A DNA stretch of 63,516 nt, counting the filler, from Squatina squatina (Eukaryota): the NCBI GenBank assembly GCA_031763465.1. It is 4 parts of 4 records of this genome, joined end to end, with 100 filler letters (N's around TTAATTAATTAA, not from the genome) between each part and the next. Parts side by side here need not be neighbours in the genome. Positions count along the whole stretch, not along the records: positions 1 to 15,889 come from JARFOE010000073.1; positions 15,990 to 32,363 come from JARFOE010000016.1; 2 more parts are not named here. One strand, written 5' to 3'. The notes below the pieces were generated by a model that saw only the letters and a program-made list of their open reading frames with translations, was not told the DNA's origin and did no database searches. A program made the position numbers and the translations under genes. Of the stretch, positions 11,970 through 24,074 are shown piece by piece. Position 1 is the first letter of the stretch, and every line of letters begins with the position of its first letter.

Positions 11970-13034
11970 CACAAGGAAATGCAATGAAGCAAGGCTTGGA
12001 GAATGCTGATATTTAAGTGTGGATATTTGGCAAGGTGCATCTGTTCAGCAAAAAGGAAGCAAGTTATGCATTATGGTAAAGAGACAGTATCCCTGTCATT
12101 TGACTACTAGTGATGAAAGTGAAAACTACTACACACAGACTGAGTGTTTAATATGAATTATAGGGTGTTTGATGCCACAGCTGGTTCAAGGCCAAGTGGC
12201 AAAGACACACTTTCCTGATTAAATGTGTTCTTTCTAGATATTTGTATCTGCACTTTTCACTATTACTGTAAAGAAAGAGTTTCAATGGACTGTGTACAGA
12301 CAATGAGTGAGGCTGAAATGTTTTACTCAATATCTTCTCTGTAGTGTGATATTTTTAGTGAGCCTGTTGGTGATATGACCAGATAGTTTGTATGACATTC
12401 CTTCGTCCAGTTAACTTTAGTGGTGGTGCTGACTGATTTTAAAGTGAGCAGTAATTTCTAGGCCTGTGTGTGATTTAAACTGTTGGACTATGCTACTGAG
12501 GTCAGATGAGAGATTAACCTGTTTAAGTGTGAAGGAGTATTTCAATATCAATCTAAATTCATATACCAGTGTCTCAGAAGCTCCAGTATTTGGAGTTCTC
12601 AGCTTCCAACCATAGGGTAATGGGTCCATGCAGCCCCTCGTTCAGCACCGCACTTGGCACACACCCCAGGATGTTTGATGGTCAATGCGTTCCATCTCAG
12701 TGGAGGAGGAGACCATTGTCCAACTCAGCTCTCTCACCCCGCTTAATGAGGGAGTGACGTTGGTAATGGTCGTGAAGAACTGCACCATCCAGTGTGGGAT
12801 TCTGGATTCTGGTCTTCCAGAGTGAAAGAGTAACTAGGAGAGAAAAGTGAGGTCAAAAAAAGACAGATTAACTTTGGAGACAGTTCACTGCAATTGTCGT
12901 AAATTAAGAAATATTTCATAATTGTGACAATTTGTACTTTATAATACTGATGTACAATTTTGAAAATTTTATGAAAAATAATGAAGATTTTTACTCTCTC
13001 GAAGGTCCCATAAGACATGTTTGTAATCCCTGCC

Positions 13035-13040
13035 AATAAA
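13035..13040 (+). terminator. Candidate SH2B2 polyadenylation signal
   Basis: AATAAA about 1.07 kb after the stop, following UTR-like sequence. Confidence 0.45.
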
Positions 13041-13320
13041 CAAATACCGTCTGTGTGGAGCAGTCGGAAGTTAGAACGTGATTAGTATTGTACAAAAGAG
13101 CTTCTTTTTTATTTTGTCTTTCTTAATATTAACAAGCAAAGTTAAAAACTGTGTCTAGAAAGTAACAACGAGACCCTGTAAATGACACAGACTTCAGTGC
13201 AGGATAATAAGAAGAGATCTNNNNNNNNNNNNNNNNNNNNNNNNNNNNNNNNNNNNNNNNNNNNNNNNNNNNNNNNNNNNNNNNNNNNNNNNNNNNNNNN
13301 NNNNNNNNNNNNNNNNNNNN

Positions 13321-13821
13321 TTTCCTAATTTTTGCTGTACCGTTCTGTGATTCGTGTACAAAAACAATCAGGCCCCTGTGCATATCAACATTTCTCAATC
13401 TCTCAGCATGTAAACAATATTCTGCTTTAATATTTTCCTACCAAAGTGGATAGCTTCACATTTCCCTACATTATATTCCATCTGCCATGTTCTTGCAACT
13501 CACATAGCCTGTCTATATCCCCCTGAAGCCTCTTTGCATCTTCCTCACAACTAACATTCCCACCTAATTTTGTATCATCAGCAAACTTGGATACATTACC
13601 ATTCCAAATCATTGGTATAGATTGCAAATAAGACCATAAGAAATAGGAACAGGAGTAGGCCATTCGGCCCCTCGAGTCTGCTCTGCCATTCAATAAGATC
13701 ATGGCTGATCCAACTTTCTTCAAGTCCACTTTCCCACCCTATCCACATAACCCTTGATTCCGTTACTGATTAAAAATCTATCTATCTCAGCTTTTAATAT
13801 ATTCAAGGTTTCAGCCTCCAC
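13321..13821 (-). mobile_element. CR1 LINE fragments (RT plus a 3' end)
   Basis: SKFADDTKLGG..CEEDAKRLQGDIDRL; 3'UTR GGCCGAATGGCCTACTCCTG. Confidence 0.85.
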
Positions 13822-13921
13822 NNNNNNNNNNNNNNNNNNNNNNNNNNNNNNNNNNNNNNNNNNNNNNNNNNNNNNNNNNNNNNNNNNNNNNNNNNNNNNN
13901 NNNNNNNNNNNNNNNNNNNNN

Positions 13922-14362
13922 GGCCTGCTTGCATCTCGCGGGCGGAATTCACCCGCGGGGGGCGGCCACAGTGCAGGGCGGTTGCAGGGACATTAAAACC
14001 TGTCGCTGCAACGGCCCCCTTAAAGGGGAGGACCTGTGCGCCTGCAGCCGCCATCTTTATTTTCTGTCCTACTTCATTGACGGCCCTCGGCCGGATCAGG
14101 CCACCATTCCCTTGCCTGGCGTCCCAGGCTGGTGGCCCAGTCACCGGCGTCCCTGGTAGCCCAGGATGCTGTCAGGATGGCCGACGGCCCTCCCCTTTAA
14201 GGAGGCCTGGCCGGGCAGTGCTGCTGACGTCGCCACGCAACGACGCTGACACCGCGGTTTTGAGTGCCACACCAGCGGTGTAAGAAGGCAGCCGCCCCAG
14301 TGCAAAAAGTGCTGGCTCCCACCCCGTGAGTGCCACCAAGGGTTGCAAATAATTTCAGCCCC
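13922..14362. mobile_element. GC-rich non-autonomous DNA element (Harbinger-like MITE), one end visible
   Basis: GC/CpG-rich tract ending AATTTCAGCCCC followed by TTA (TWA target site typical of PIF/Harbinger); the other end is in a gap. Confidence 0.5.
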
Positions 14363-14488
14363 TTACATTTACTAGGAAGGTTCTCTTATTCTTCTTTGAG
14401 GGTTGGATTAGGTATAAAGCATCAGCGGCTGAGATTGCATTGTGCTGTTCTTGTCAAACTCTTGATGCACCTGTTAATTTGTTCACAG

Positions 14489-14687
14489 GTAGCAGTACTG
14501 CTTGTCTGGTAATTCTGGACAGACAGAAACGCTGTTTGTACACCGCGAACTTGGGAGACTCGGGCTTTCTCATAGTACGTGATGGGAGGATCATACACAG
14601 ATCAGATGAGCAACAGCATTACTTCAACACTCCCTTTCAGCTGGCAATTGTACCACCTGAGGCCCAAGGTTCAATCCTCAATGACAG
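14489..14687 (+). CDS. PTC7-family (PP2C) protein phosphatase exon, PPTC7-like
   Basis: (G)[40 protein letters not shown]; 199 bp with AG/GT. Confidence 0.92.
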
Positions 14688-14792
14688 GTAGGNNNNNNNN
14701 NNNNNNNNNNNNNNNNNNNNNNNNNNNNNNNNNNNNNNNNNNNNNNNNNNNNNNNNNNNNNNNNNNNNNNNNNNNNNNNNNNNNNNNNNNNN

Positions 14793-15370
14793 TAAGTTTT
14801 CAATTGACCCAGTCTCAACAGCTTTTTGGGAGAGTGTGTTCCAGATTTCTGCTACCCTTTGTGTGAAGAAGTAATTCCTCACATCACCCCTGAATGGCTT
14901 AGCTCTAATTTTAAGGTTCTGCTCCCTGTTTCCCCACCAGAGGAAATAGGATAGCTGGAGAGAAAGTATCAGCTGCTTTAATCATCTTAAACACCTCAAT
15001 TAGATCACCCCTTAATCTTCTGTACTCCAGGGGATACAAGCCTAATCTACACCAAGCCTAATTTAGGCCTGGTAAATGATGACAGGTTATTTAGGCTCCT
15101 GCTCCTAATTCTTGTGTTTTTGTGTATCATTCTGGTGAATGTGCGCTGCACCATCTCCAAGGCCAATATATCCTTCCTGAGGTGCGGTGCCCAGGACTGA
15201 ACACCGTACTCCAGATGCTGCCGAGCTAGAGCTTTTTTGCAACTGTCGCCCTTTGTATTCCAGCCCTCTTGAGATAAAGGCCAACATTCCATTAGCCTTT
15301 GTCGTTGTTTTGCACCTGCCCACTAGCTTTTAGTGATTTCTGTGCTTGGACTCCTTCATTTTTCTGCTCC
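14793..15370 (-). mobile_element. CR1 LINE RT fragments
   Basis: KANGMLAFISRGLEYK, HLEYGVQSWAPHLRKDILALE and RNYFFTQRVAEIWNTL. Confidence 0.88.
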
Positions 15371-15410
15371 CCCACCATGTTAATGAGTAATTTATTTTTG
15401 TATTCTACAG

Positions 15411-15534
15411 CCCTGAAACAGCAGAAGGCTCCACGTTCAATGTAGAAGTGGGTGATATCATTCTTACAGCGACAGATGGGCTCTTTGACAATGTGCCAGA
15501 CTACATGATCTTGCAGCAGTTAAGACAACTGAAG
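15411..15534 (+). CDS. PPTC7-like next exon
   Basis: (S)[41 protein letters not shown] with the PP2C DGLFDN motif; phase compatible with the previous exon; not in the ORF track. Confidence 0.92.
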
Positions 15535-15798
15535 GTACTGTGTGTGTAGCCATTGGAGTTTACAGCTCTCCAATAGTTTGTGCTAACTTGTCAATTCTGC
15601 CTGCGCCGCCACATTTGGGTGCCCTGTTGTGTCTCAAACTCGGGGTTATGTTAGGACTGACATTCCCTTAAACCTGCACTGAGGGGGACGCTGATTTCGC
15701 AGGGAAGTGAGGCTGGCTAAATGTTGCTGCATTCGTAGCAATCCCATTACTGCTGCATGTAGTAACGTTCTCACCGTTAAAACCATCGTCTGAACTTT

Positions 15799-15889
15799 CA
15801 CATCTATTGGGTGACTGTGTGTGAGAGAGTGGGAGACCACATCTATCGGGTGGCTGTGTATGGGAAAGTGGGAGACCACATCTATCAGG
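15799..15889. repeat. 39-bp minisatellite truncated by the scaffold end
   Basis: Units CACATCTAT.GGGTG.CTGTGT..G.GA.AGTGGGAGAC start at 15799, 15838 and 15877. Confidence 0.85.
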
Positions 15890-15989
15890 NNNNNNNNNNN
15901 NNNNNNNNNNNNNNNNNNNNNNNNNNNNNNNNNTTAATTAATTAANNNNNNNNNNNNNNNNNNNNNNNNNNNNNNNNNNNNNNNNNNNN
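15890..15989. other. Artificial scaffold linker N44-TTAATTAATTAA-N44
   Basis: Exact 100-bp structure with a six-frame stop 12-mer, seen three times. Confidence 0.97.
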
Positions 15990-16026
15990 ATATTGTGGAA
16001 GTGGACAGGGTGAGCATTAAGGGATC

Positions 16027-16190
16027 CTGGAAAAACTCAGGTCAGGCAGCATCTGCGGAGAGGGAAACAGAGATAATGTTTCAGGTTAACTGTTTCTCTC
16101 TCTGCAGATGCTGCCTGACCTGCTGAGTTTTTCCAGCACTTTTTTGTTTGTATTTTAGATTCCAGCATCCACAGTATTTTGCTTTTGTAT
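16027..16190. mobile_element. Palindromic repeat (inverted Penelope-type terminal repeat)
   Basis: Arms at 16027-16070 and 16090-16136 are near-perfect reverse complements; same family as 54287-54410. Confidence 0.6.
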
Positions 16191-16573
16191 TAAGATATCC
16201 TGAGTGGTTTGCGATGCAGTTGCTTAAAACATTGATAGCTCCAGAGATTCAACTTGTATGGAAGTGAAAGCGAGAACAATGGAAAGAAGCAAAAGACAGT
16301 GATGAAGAGTAATGCACAAAATGAGACAGCAAAGATCTATAGGAAAGACTGGCAGAGACAGAAGGAAGGGAAAAATGGGAAAAGAGATTGTCATCAAAAT
16401 AAATACTCTGACCTTTTATTCACTAATATTTTCTCATGTTAGCATTACTGTGGTGCAAGTAATGACTTGGATTACTGAAAAATAAACTATTAAGCTCCAT
16501 CATGTACTATTATAGCAGCTAAGATTTTCATAATTGTACAATGTAATTGTAGTTGTGATTTGTTTGTTTTTAA

Positions 16574-16768
<195 letters not shown>

Positions 16769-19056
16769 TTGGGACAGTGGACAACGGCTAATCAAGACAC
16801 ATCCACTGAGGACAGAGAACTGTGCTGGTGGCTGCCCCAAAGGAGCAGAGNNNNNNNNCCCCGAGTCCCCTGTGATTGGCTCCAGGCCTCCTGCGACCCT
16901 GTACTGCATAAGCAGTATAGAGAATGAAAGTAAGTGAATGGGCTAGATTGGACATAATCGTATTGTTGCCGTATGTGCTGTAAAATACAGTAATCACACA
17001 CAGTTGAAGTATTTTAATGCAGACAAAGCAAAAAAAAAAATGCTAGACGGAATAAAATTGCTGTTCTTGGTTTTATTTTATTGTCATCATGTAGAATACT
17101 TGTTTTGTTACAAGGAAATTTATTGGTGGGAAATGTATTTTGTAACGTGAATCCGCGACCTTGCCACGCTTGAGTAAAGATTGAATTACTGATTTGGATA
17201 ATGTGCACAGTGACACCTGGCAAGAATAATGGATTGAGCGGAAACTGTACCAAGGGGCTCTGTGCTTGAATTGACTTATTTTTATAAAATGGAAACTACC
17301 ATAACTCCCTGTAAATATTTAAGATGGCAGTTTGCAACCTATTTTCGCCATTGTCGGTGGAATAAATTTACAGCTCTGCAAGTAAACACTGTCTGGAAAG
17401 TTGATTAGATTGTTATCCATTCTGATGGCACAAAGGGAATTGGACCAAGTCTGTCGCAGGCAGGTGTGTGTGCTGGCGTGATAGTTGGGAGTGTAAAAAT
17501 CCTTTTGCAAAGAGCATTGAGCAGGTTATCCTGGCAGTTTGGTCACTCGCCATCTCTTGATTGTCCAATGAAAGCCTCTGTCTATATTTGTGGAATGCAG
17601 ATGTGTTTTGATGTGTTTTCTGTGGTAAGCTGTACTTTAATCTCATGATTCATGATGGCATGGGCCAGAAGACAAATGTCCAGCAGCTAGTTGATCCAGT
17701 ATGAGTCGCCATCCTGACTGCTCATGCACATCCTTACTACTGTTACCCCTGCATCCTCTTTCAGTGAAAGGCAGGGAACAGTGCTGGGGACTTTGGGATG
17801 TTTTACCTTTTCCTTGCAGTGTGAAATTGCTATGATTTCAATTTCATAATTCAATTATGGTGGAAGCAGCAATATGGAGACAGGACACAAAAGAAATGGA
17901 GGGAAAGGACTGAGCAAGTGATGAAGGTGGCCACGTGGGACTGAGATGTCTTTGCCAGGAGAAAAATGCTTCTCTTTGTCCTTTCAACAAGTTCTGTTGC
18001 TTTGACAACAAAATTGAGAAAAGAATGCAGATATGACTCCCTCATTGCATGAGCAATCAGCCTTTAACTCGCTCGCCTTTGTTGCACTAGTGTTACAGTA
18101 CTTGCTGTCCTCCACAAGAGGTCATGTGCAGCATGTTGCTGAATTTGCGAGCACATTCAGTGGCAGAAATCCGGTACTGAATAGTTAAAGATAAAAGTCA
18201 AGTAAAATTTGAATTTTGTTTCTAATTTAAGCTAATTTGCCTTCTAAAATCCCCTAAAATCATGGTACCTGTTGTAAAATTCCCAAATGACAGCAAAGCT
18301 ACTCAATTTCTGGGAATGCTTTGTTACTGTTGAACAGGGTAATAAAAATTAAAAAATCATAATCTTTTTATATAAAATACTGAAAGTTTTCCTCTACCAC
18401 CAACATTTCCTTCAGCTGGGACTCTTGTCTTCAAAAAAGATGTTTTCTGATTGGGTTAAAAGCAGTTCTGTATGACTGTGCAAGTTTGAACTGATTGTGT
18501 CAGTGGAGTGCCCAGATTAAAGAGCTGACTGTATCCTGTGGTGGTGTCTGGTCATCCTGGCATTTGAGCAGTTAACCTGTTGCTGCAGAAGTAAATAATT
18601 GTGTTTGTGATGCTGGAAAGTTACAGTGGTGTGTGTTGCAACCTAATAATAAGCCTGGTACAGGTGGGGAAGTGTGGTCATTGGTTAAGCTTCTAACTGT
18701 ACATACTGTAAGCATCTTTTATGCTGGGAGGCAGTGTTAGCTGTGAGGAGGATGCTAGGAGGCTGCAGGGTGACTTGGATAGGTTAGGTGAGTGGGCAAN
18801 NNNNNNNNNNNNNNNNNNNNNNNNNNNNNNNNNNNNNNNNNNNNNNNNNNNNNNNNNNNNNNNNNNNNNNNNNNNNNNNNNNNNNNNNNNNNNNNNNNNC
18901 AAAGCTGGTCAAGCATTAATCGAGTTGATCAGTTATCTGAACAGGGCTCTAAAACTGAACTGTACACATATATTGTACCAGTGTCAAAGAGGCGCCTGAA
19001 GTATAACTGTATGACTTCCCTCATGATGTTATCATAAGGTTTTGTTCTTGTTTTAG

Positions 19057-19325
19057 GAAGATTAAAAACGATGAAATCACCAAGATCCACATGAACCTCT
19101 GCGCTGCCTTACTTCTTCTAAATGTGAACTTCTTCACCAACGTATGGCTCAGTACGTTGAGAAATGACGGTCTCTGTAAGACCATTGCTGTGTTTCTGCA
19201 TTATTCATTGCTGTGCACTTTCACCTGGATGGGAATCGAAGCATTTCATCTGTACATGATGGTGATCAAAGTGTTCAACACCTATGTAAAATACTACATA
19301 CAAAAACTGGCTTTTATTGGTTGGG
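19057..19325 (+). CDS. Adhesion GPCR subfamily G exon (TM2-TM4), ADGRG3-like
   Basis: KIHMNLCAALLLLN..LCK.IAVFLHYSLLCTFTWMGIEAFHLY..IKVFNTY..KL..IGWG with AG/GTGAG. ADGRG1/3/5 are 16q-syntenic, like MBTPS1 and FA2H. Confidence 0.85.
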
Positions 19326-19589
19326 GTGAGTATAAAGTATTCTACTTTCACTTTTTGTTGCCAGATTTATTGACCCCATTTTGTGCTTTACGCATTGAAC
19401 ATTAGTTACCCCAATACAATATTTTTCAAAATACTATGCAGAGGTCAGATGCCCAATGGATATCTAAGTACAATTCCTAAAGATAATACTGTTATGAGGC
19501 CTACTTTTCTCCCATTTCTGTCACTGGCATCAGTTATAAGATTACAAACCATAGATAACTTGGTGACATGCGAGATGAATACTCAAATG

Positions 19590-19868
19590 GCCCAAATTTG
19601 AGGAGCGCAGGTATATCGGTGGGGTATGGGGCTGGAGGAGATTACAGAGATAGGGAGGGTCGAGGCCATGGAGGGATTTGAAAACAAGGATGAGAATTTT
19701 GAAATCGAGGTGTTGCTTAACCAAGAGCCTGTGTAGGTCAGCGAGCACAGGGGTGATGGGGATTTGGTGTGAGTTAGCAGCAGAGTTTTGTATGACCTCA
19801 AGTTTATTGAGGGTATTACGTGAGAGGCTAGCCAGGAGTGCATTATAATAGTCAAGTCTAGAGGTAAG
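19590..19868 (-). mobile_element. L2 LINE fragment
   Basis: LADLHRLLVKQHLDFKILILVFKSLHGLDPPYLCNLL. Confidence 0.85.
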
Positions 19869-19910
19869 AAATAAAGTAAATATGTAGATTATGCACTAGA
19901 GTCGACATGA

Positions 19911-20212
19911 AAAAGAAATACTTGCATTTATATAGCGCCTTTCGGGACCACAGGTCCTCCCAAAGTGCTTTACAGCCAATAAAGTACTTCTTGGAGTGTT
20001 GTCACTGTTTTAATGTAGGAAATGCGGCTGCCAATTTGTGCTCAGCAAGCTGCCTCAAACAGCAATGTGATTATGAGCAAATAGTCTGATTTAGTGATGT
20101 TGATTGAGGAATAAGTATTGGCCAGGACACCTGCTGTTCTTCTAAATACTGCCGTGGGATCTTTTGCACCCACCCGAGGGGGCAGACGGGGCCTCAGTTT
20201 AACATCCGAAAG
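19911..20212 (-). mobile_element. Deu-domain SINE (SacSINE1-like)
   Basis: CTTGCATTTATATAGCGCC..CAGCCAAT.AAGTAC..GCGGCTGCCAATTTGTGC..GGCAGACGGGGCCTC. Confidence 0.8.
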
Positions 20213-20232
20213 ATTAATAGGTTTGATCTGAT

Positions 20233-20357
20233 AGCCACTAAAGAGCCATGGTTGCAAAGTGACCAAGGTTGGGAACTAAATATTCCAGGATACTTAACTT
20301 TTAGAAGAGATAGGAAAATTGGAAAAGGAGGAGGGGTAGCCCTGATAATAAAGGATG
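20233..20357 (+). mobile_element. CR1 endonuclease fragment
   Basis: WLQSDQGWELNIPGYLTFRRDR..KGGGVALIIKD. Confidence 0.85.
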
Positions 20358-20785
20358 NNNNNNNNNNNNNNNNNNNNNNNNNNNNNNNNNNNNNNNNNNN
20401 NNNNNNNNNNNNNNNNNNNNNNNNNNNNNNNNNNNNNNNNNNNNNNNNNNNNNNNNNTTAGCAGTTGAAAGATAGATCTGTTCAGAACCCAAGTGTGTGC
20501 AATGTTTTCACTTACGATGAGAGTTAGGTTTGTAGTAAAAAAGGGAGACTCAAACCCATCTAACATCCATCCTTTTAGTCCACCACCAAGTGGAGACCCT
20601 TTGGCAGGTTAAGGCACTGTCAAGCTAGCTGGATTTCAGACAGTATTCCTGCATTTCCACAGGCACTAAAGTTAGGCTGCCACTGAAAGTCAGATGCCAG
20701 GGCAATTTCTAAGGTGTAAGCAAAGTCAAAAAATTGTACCAGGAGATAGTAACAGTGCTGAGTTTTCACAAGACAAAAAACTTAC

Positions 20786-20940
20786 GTGGTCTTTGGCTGT
20801 ATTGGGAATTTAAGCTGTACAGTTCTCTCCCGATAATATACACAAGTGAAGTCAATTGCTTCAGAAGGAAGCCTGGTGATGATTCCAGTCATATGTTTAG
20901 TCTGTAATCCATTCATATACATGATGTGTGTAGCATTACT
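20786..20940 (-). CDS. ZPD-like (EGF+ZP domain) gene, second ZP-N exon
   Basis: SNATHIMYMNGLQTKHMTGIITRLPSEAIDFTCVYYRERTVQLKFPIQPKT; acceptor cttcttctAG and donor GTAAG; in phase with the 22020-22225 exon; not in the ORF track. Confidence 0.85.
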
Positions 20941-21499
20941 CTAGAAGAAGTGAATTGGACAAGCTTTACATTAGAAGCTCTAAACTGTAGTCCAAGGTCT
21001 TCTTTCTAGACCTGCTCAGAAAAGTTTAACCACACTTAGTGGAGCTATGAGCTACTTCTAAATAGAAGAGAATGCTCATGATTTAAATTCACATGGAGGG
21101 TGGGGTGACAATCATTTGCCCCATCAGGTTCTGCAAATTGGTTTAATATTGTATATCTACATTCAATAGTGTTTGATTCCCTTGGAGTTTAAGCCAAGGA
21201 TTAATTAGCATACAGTAAAACCAACCAAATCTATTAGTCCACAAAAGTTACATATTCTCTAAAAGTTATCCATCCCTCCCAACAGATGCCAGGCATTCAA
21301 AGGATGTTCAAAGTGCAGTTGAGAGAAGCACTGTCCACCTCCCCACAGCAAGTTCCCCTTCCTACATGGGTCACCTCACATTGGTACACAAGTTTAGTTT
21401 CAGGGACTGAAATTTTCCAGAATTCAGGTCACCTTCAAATTTGAGTTAAACTGTACACAATTCCATATTTCTTGACCCTCCCAAACTAAGTTGGTCGAT

Positions 21500-21825
21500 A
21501 GCTGGCACCCCATCCAGCACCTTAAACATTCACTCCACCACTGGCTGCAGTGGTTTTATCATCTACAAGATGCACTGCAACAAGTAGCTGAGGTTTAGTC
21601 AGCAGCACCTTTCAAACCCACAACCTCTACTTAGGAGGACAAGGGCAGCAGGCACATGGGATCACGACTAATTTGAAAATATATTGCTGGTCCTTCATAG
21701 TCACTGGGTCAAAATCCTGAAACTTCCTCCCAACTGCATTATGGACCTTCACCACAGACTGAAGGAGTTTCCCCCTCCCAAGGGCAATAAATGCTGGCCT
21801 TGCTAGTGATGCCCACATCCCAGAA
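21500..21825 (+). mobile_element. LINE 3' end fragment (CR1/L2 superfamily)
   Basis: ATCTACAAGATGCACTGC..GGGTCAAAATCCTG..GGGCAATAAATGCTGGCCTTGC..CCCACATCCC; the same tail occurs at 48750-48800. Confidence 0.65.
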
Positions 21826-22019
21826 CAAATTGAAAGTCACTTAATGCTATACATGTTGGATCAATTGCAGTGATAACCATGTATGTAGCTGGTTACTGCT
21901 CCCAAATCAGCTATATTTTAGCTAACTGTCTAGAATTCGTGTGACCTTTGCCCAAGATAGGTAAAATGAGCATGCCATGCAAGAGATTTAACTGAATAAA
22001 CAATTAGTGAAATTCTTAC

Positions 22020-22225
22020 CAGGACAACAGTACCACAGCTGGTGTAATTATTGTGGTGTAGAGTGACAGCATAATATTCTTCTCCATTTACAAATTCTAT
22101 TGTAGCTTTGCAGGCACCCTCAAACAATTGTACAGAGTCCATGCTTACATTTTTCCAGTCAAAGTAATCCTTAATAATCAACACTTTTATGTAAGTCTGC
22201 TCACACATCACCTCCATTTTTATCT
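22020..22225 (-). CDS. ZPD-like gene, first ZP-N exon
   Basis: EIKMEVMCEQTYIKVLI..L.EGACK..YYAVTL..NYTSCGTVVL shows the ZP-N cysteine pattern; canonical splice sites. Confidence 0.88.
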
Positions 22226-23220
22226 CTGCAGAGAAAAAACCCAAATTTATTGATAAATCCCTCCCCACCATAGAAATGTTGTGTAGTTATGCACAATTTT
22301 ACACTCCAACCATAATCAGTGATATGACTAATCTGTATAGGCTAAAGCTATCCCATGAGAGATGAAATATGAAGAGACAAGGAAGTGATTAAGTGCCTGG
22401 AAATCAATTAATTACAACTAAATTTATAATTGGAATAAATTATAAAACCTTAAAACAAAAAATGAGAAAGTTTGTAGGCCACTAGCATGGTAACTGAATT
22501 GATTCTATGGAGGAAGGTCTACTGGACTGGAAGCAAGCAATTGTGGTACCTATGCTGGAGGGGAACAAACTTTACTAAGGCATTTACAGATCCATTAGCC
22601 CAGTTATAAAATATTAAGTCTGAATAGTAAACAGCCAGTCCATTAACATTAGGAACCCATCCGATGGTAGAATTCATTAAGTTTAAAAAAAATAATAATT
22701 CCTACTCGATTACTGAAAGAGTTGGCAGTAAGTCCCACAGAAAGATTGCAGTTAAATTAAAAGCCACAGGAATCCCATGCAGAAAACTATTTGATAGGCT
22801 CCATTTCAGACAGGTGGGGAAGGAATGAAGAATGAGAGATCATTTTTGAATCCCATTTTAAAATCTAGAATATTTCAATGTCAAACAATTATAGAAAAGC
22901 ACAATAGTTAAGATTAGGCAGCACAAAATAAACTTTAAGGGAATTGAAAAGGACAGATACCAGTGGTGTTGAGGATGGGGGAAGGAGATGACAATAGAGG
23001 CCAAGCAGCTTTTCTATAGCCATTACTTCTGTTGTGTACACAAGATTTAACAGATAGATAATTCTTCAAAATGATATTTAAATTCAACCAGTCAGTCTGA
23101 TGGAAATGAAAGTCAGGCCAGTCATTGTACATCAAGTTTCAGTGCATAATAGGTCTTGGACTTGCATCAAAACATGAAATAAGTCATATGACTACACAGA
23201 TTAAGTAATAGCAGTTTTAC

Positions 23221-23322
23221 CTTCACATGTCTCTCCTTTGAGCCCATGAACACAATTGCATTGAGCAACTTCATTCACAATAGTACAGGTCCCTTCATTC
23301 TTACAAAGGTTGGGATCACAAT
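23221..23322 (-). CDS. ZPD-like gene, EGF-like domain exon
   Basis: DCDPNLCKNEGTCTIVNEVAQCNCVHGLKGETCE (six cysteines); 102-bp phase 1-1 exon that joins the ZP-N exon in frame. Confidence 0.88.
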
Positions 23323-24074
23323 CTATTGGATAAATCAGTACAACCACATTAGGGGAGAAGACATTAGTTCCATTTCCCCTCATTCAGCCTTTATATACCA
23401 GTAGAGGGAAGCCACTCATTTATTGCAAATTGGGGTCAAAGAGATAAGCCAGTCAGGTAAAGTAATTTGAAAATTTCACCAAGGAAACCATAGGAACTGT
23501 TAATTGTGGTATTTGTTTGGTTTCAGTCTCATCCCAGATCACTTACTGAGGATCTGGTTTATGCTCCAGTTGAGCAAACTAATGTATAAGCTGTTGTAGT
23601 TACTAGCTATGAACACGAGTAATCCATAACCAAAGACCGCTGGTGTAAAACATGCTGGAACAGCCAGCCCTAGACTGGAAATCCCCAGTTAAAGTTCAGA
23701 CATTAAGTGATTCGAGGTAGGATATGGCCTAAATGCATCTCATTCCAGTTTAACATGGATTTCTTATTCCCGGATATGTTCTGTTTAACTTTGTGGGTTA
23801 AAGGTTTGATAAGGACCGTTTGCCTTATTTAAGGTTTGTACTTAAATTAGAGAATCAAGATATCAGTATATGACATACTCTATGGAGAGAGTGTAGAGTC
23901 CAAATTCAGTTTTGACAGCATTAGTTTAACAAGCTACATAACGGTAAGAATTAGAGAGCGTGATTGTGGAATGTNNNNNNNNNNNNNNNNNNNNNNNNNN
24001 NNNNNNNNNNNNNNNNNNNNNNNNNNNNNNNNNNNNNNNNNNNNNNNNNNNNNNNNNNNNNNNNNNNNNNNNNN

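Noticed and set aside
13922-14362. CpG island promoter of the PPTC7-like gene
   Set aside because: It ends in a Harbinger-like TIR with a TTA target site and abuts an internal exon rather than a first exon.
14489-14687. Naming the locus SH2B3-PPTC7 (12q24 orthology)
   Set aside because: The adaptor has SH2B2-type termini (PDW..FCE, AVENQYSFY) and follows the CUX1-specific CASP exon.
15934-15945. TTAATTAATTAA as a biological motif (also at 32408 and 49434)
   Set aside because: Always centred in exactly 44+44 N, so it is a synthetic linker.
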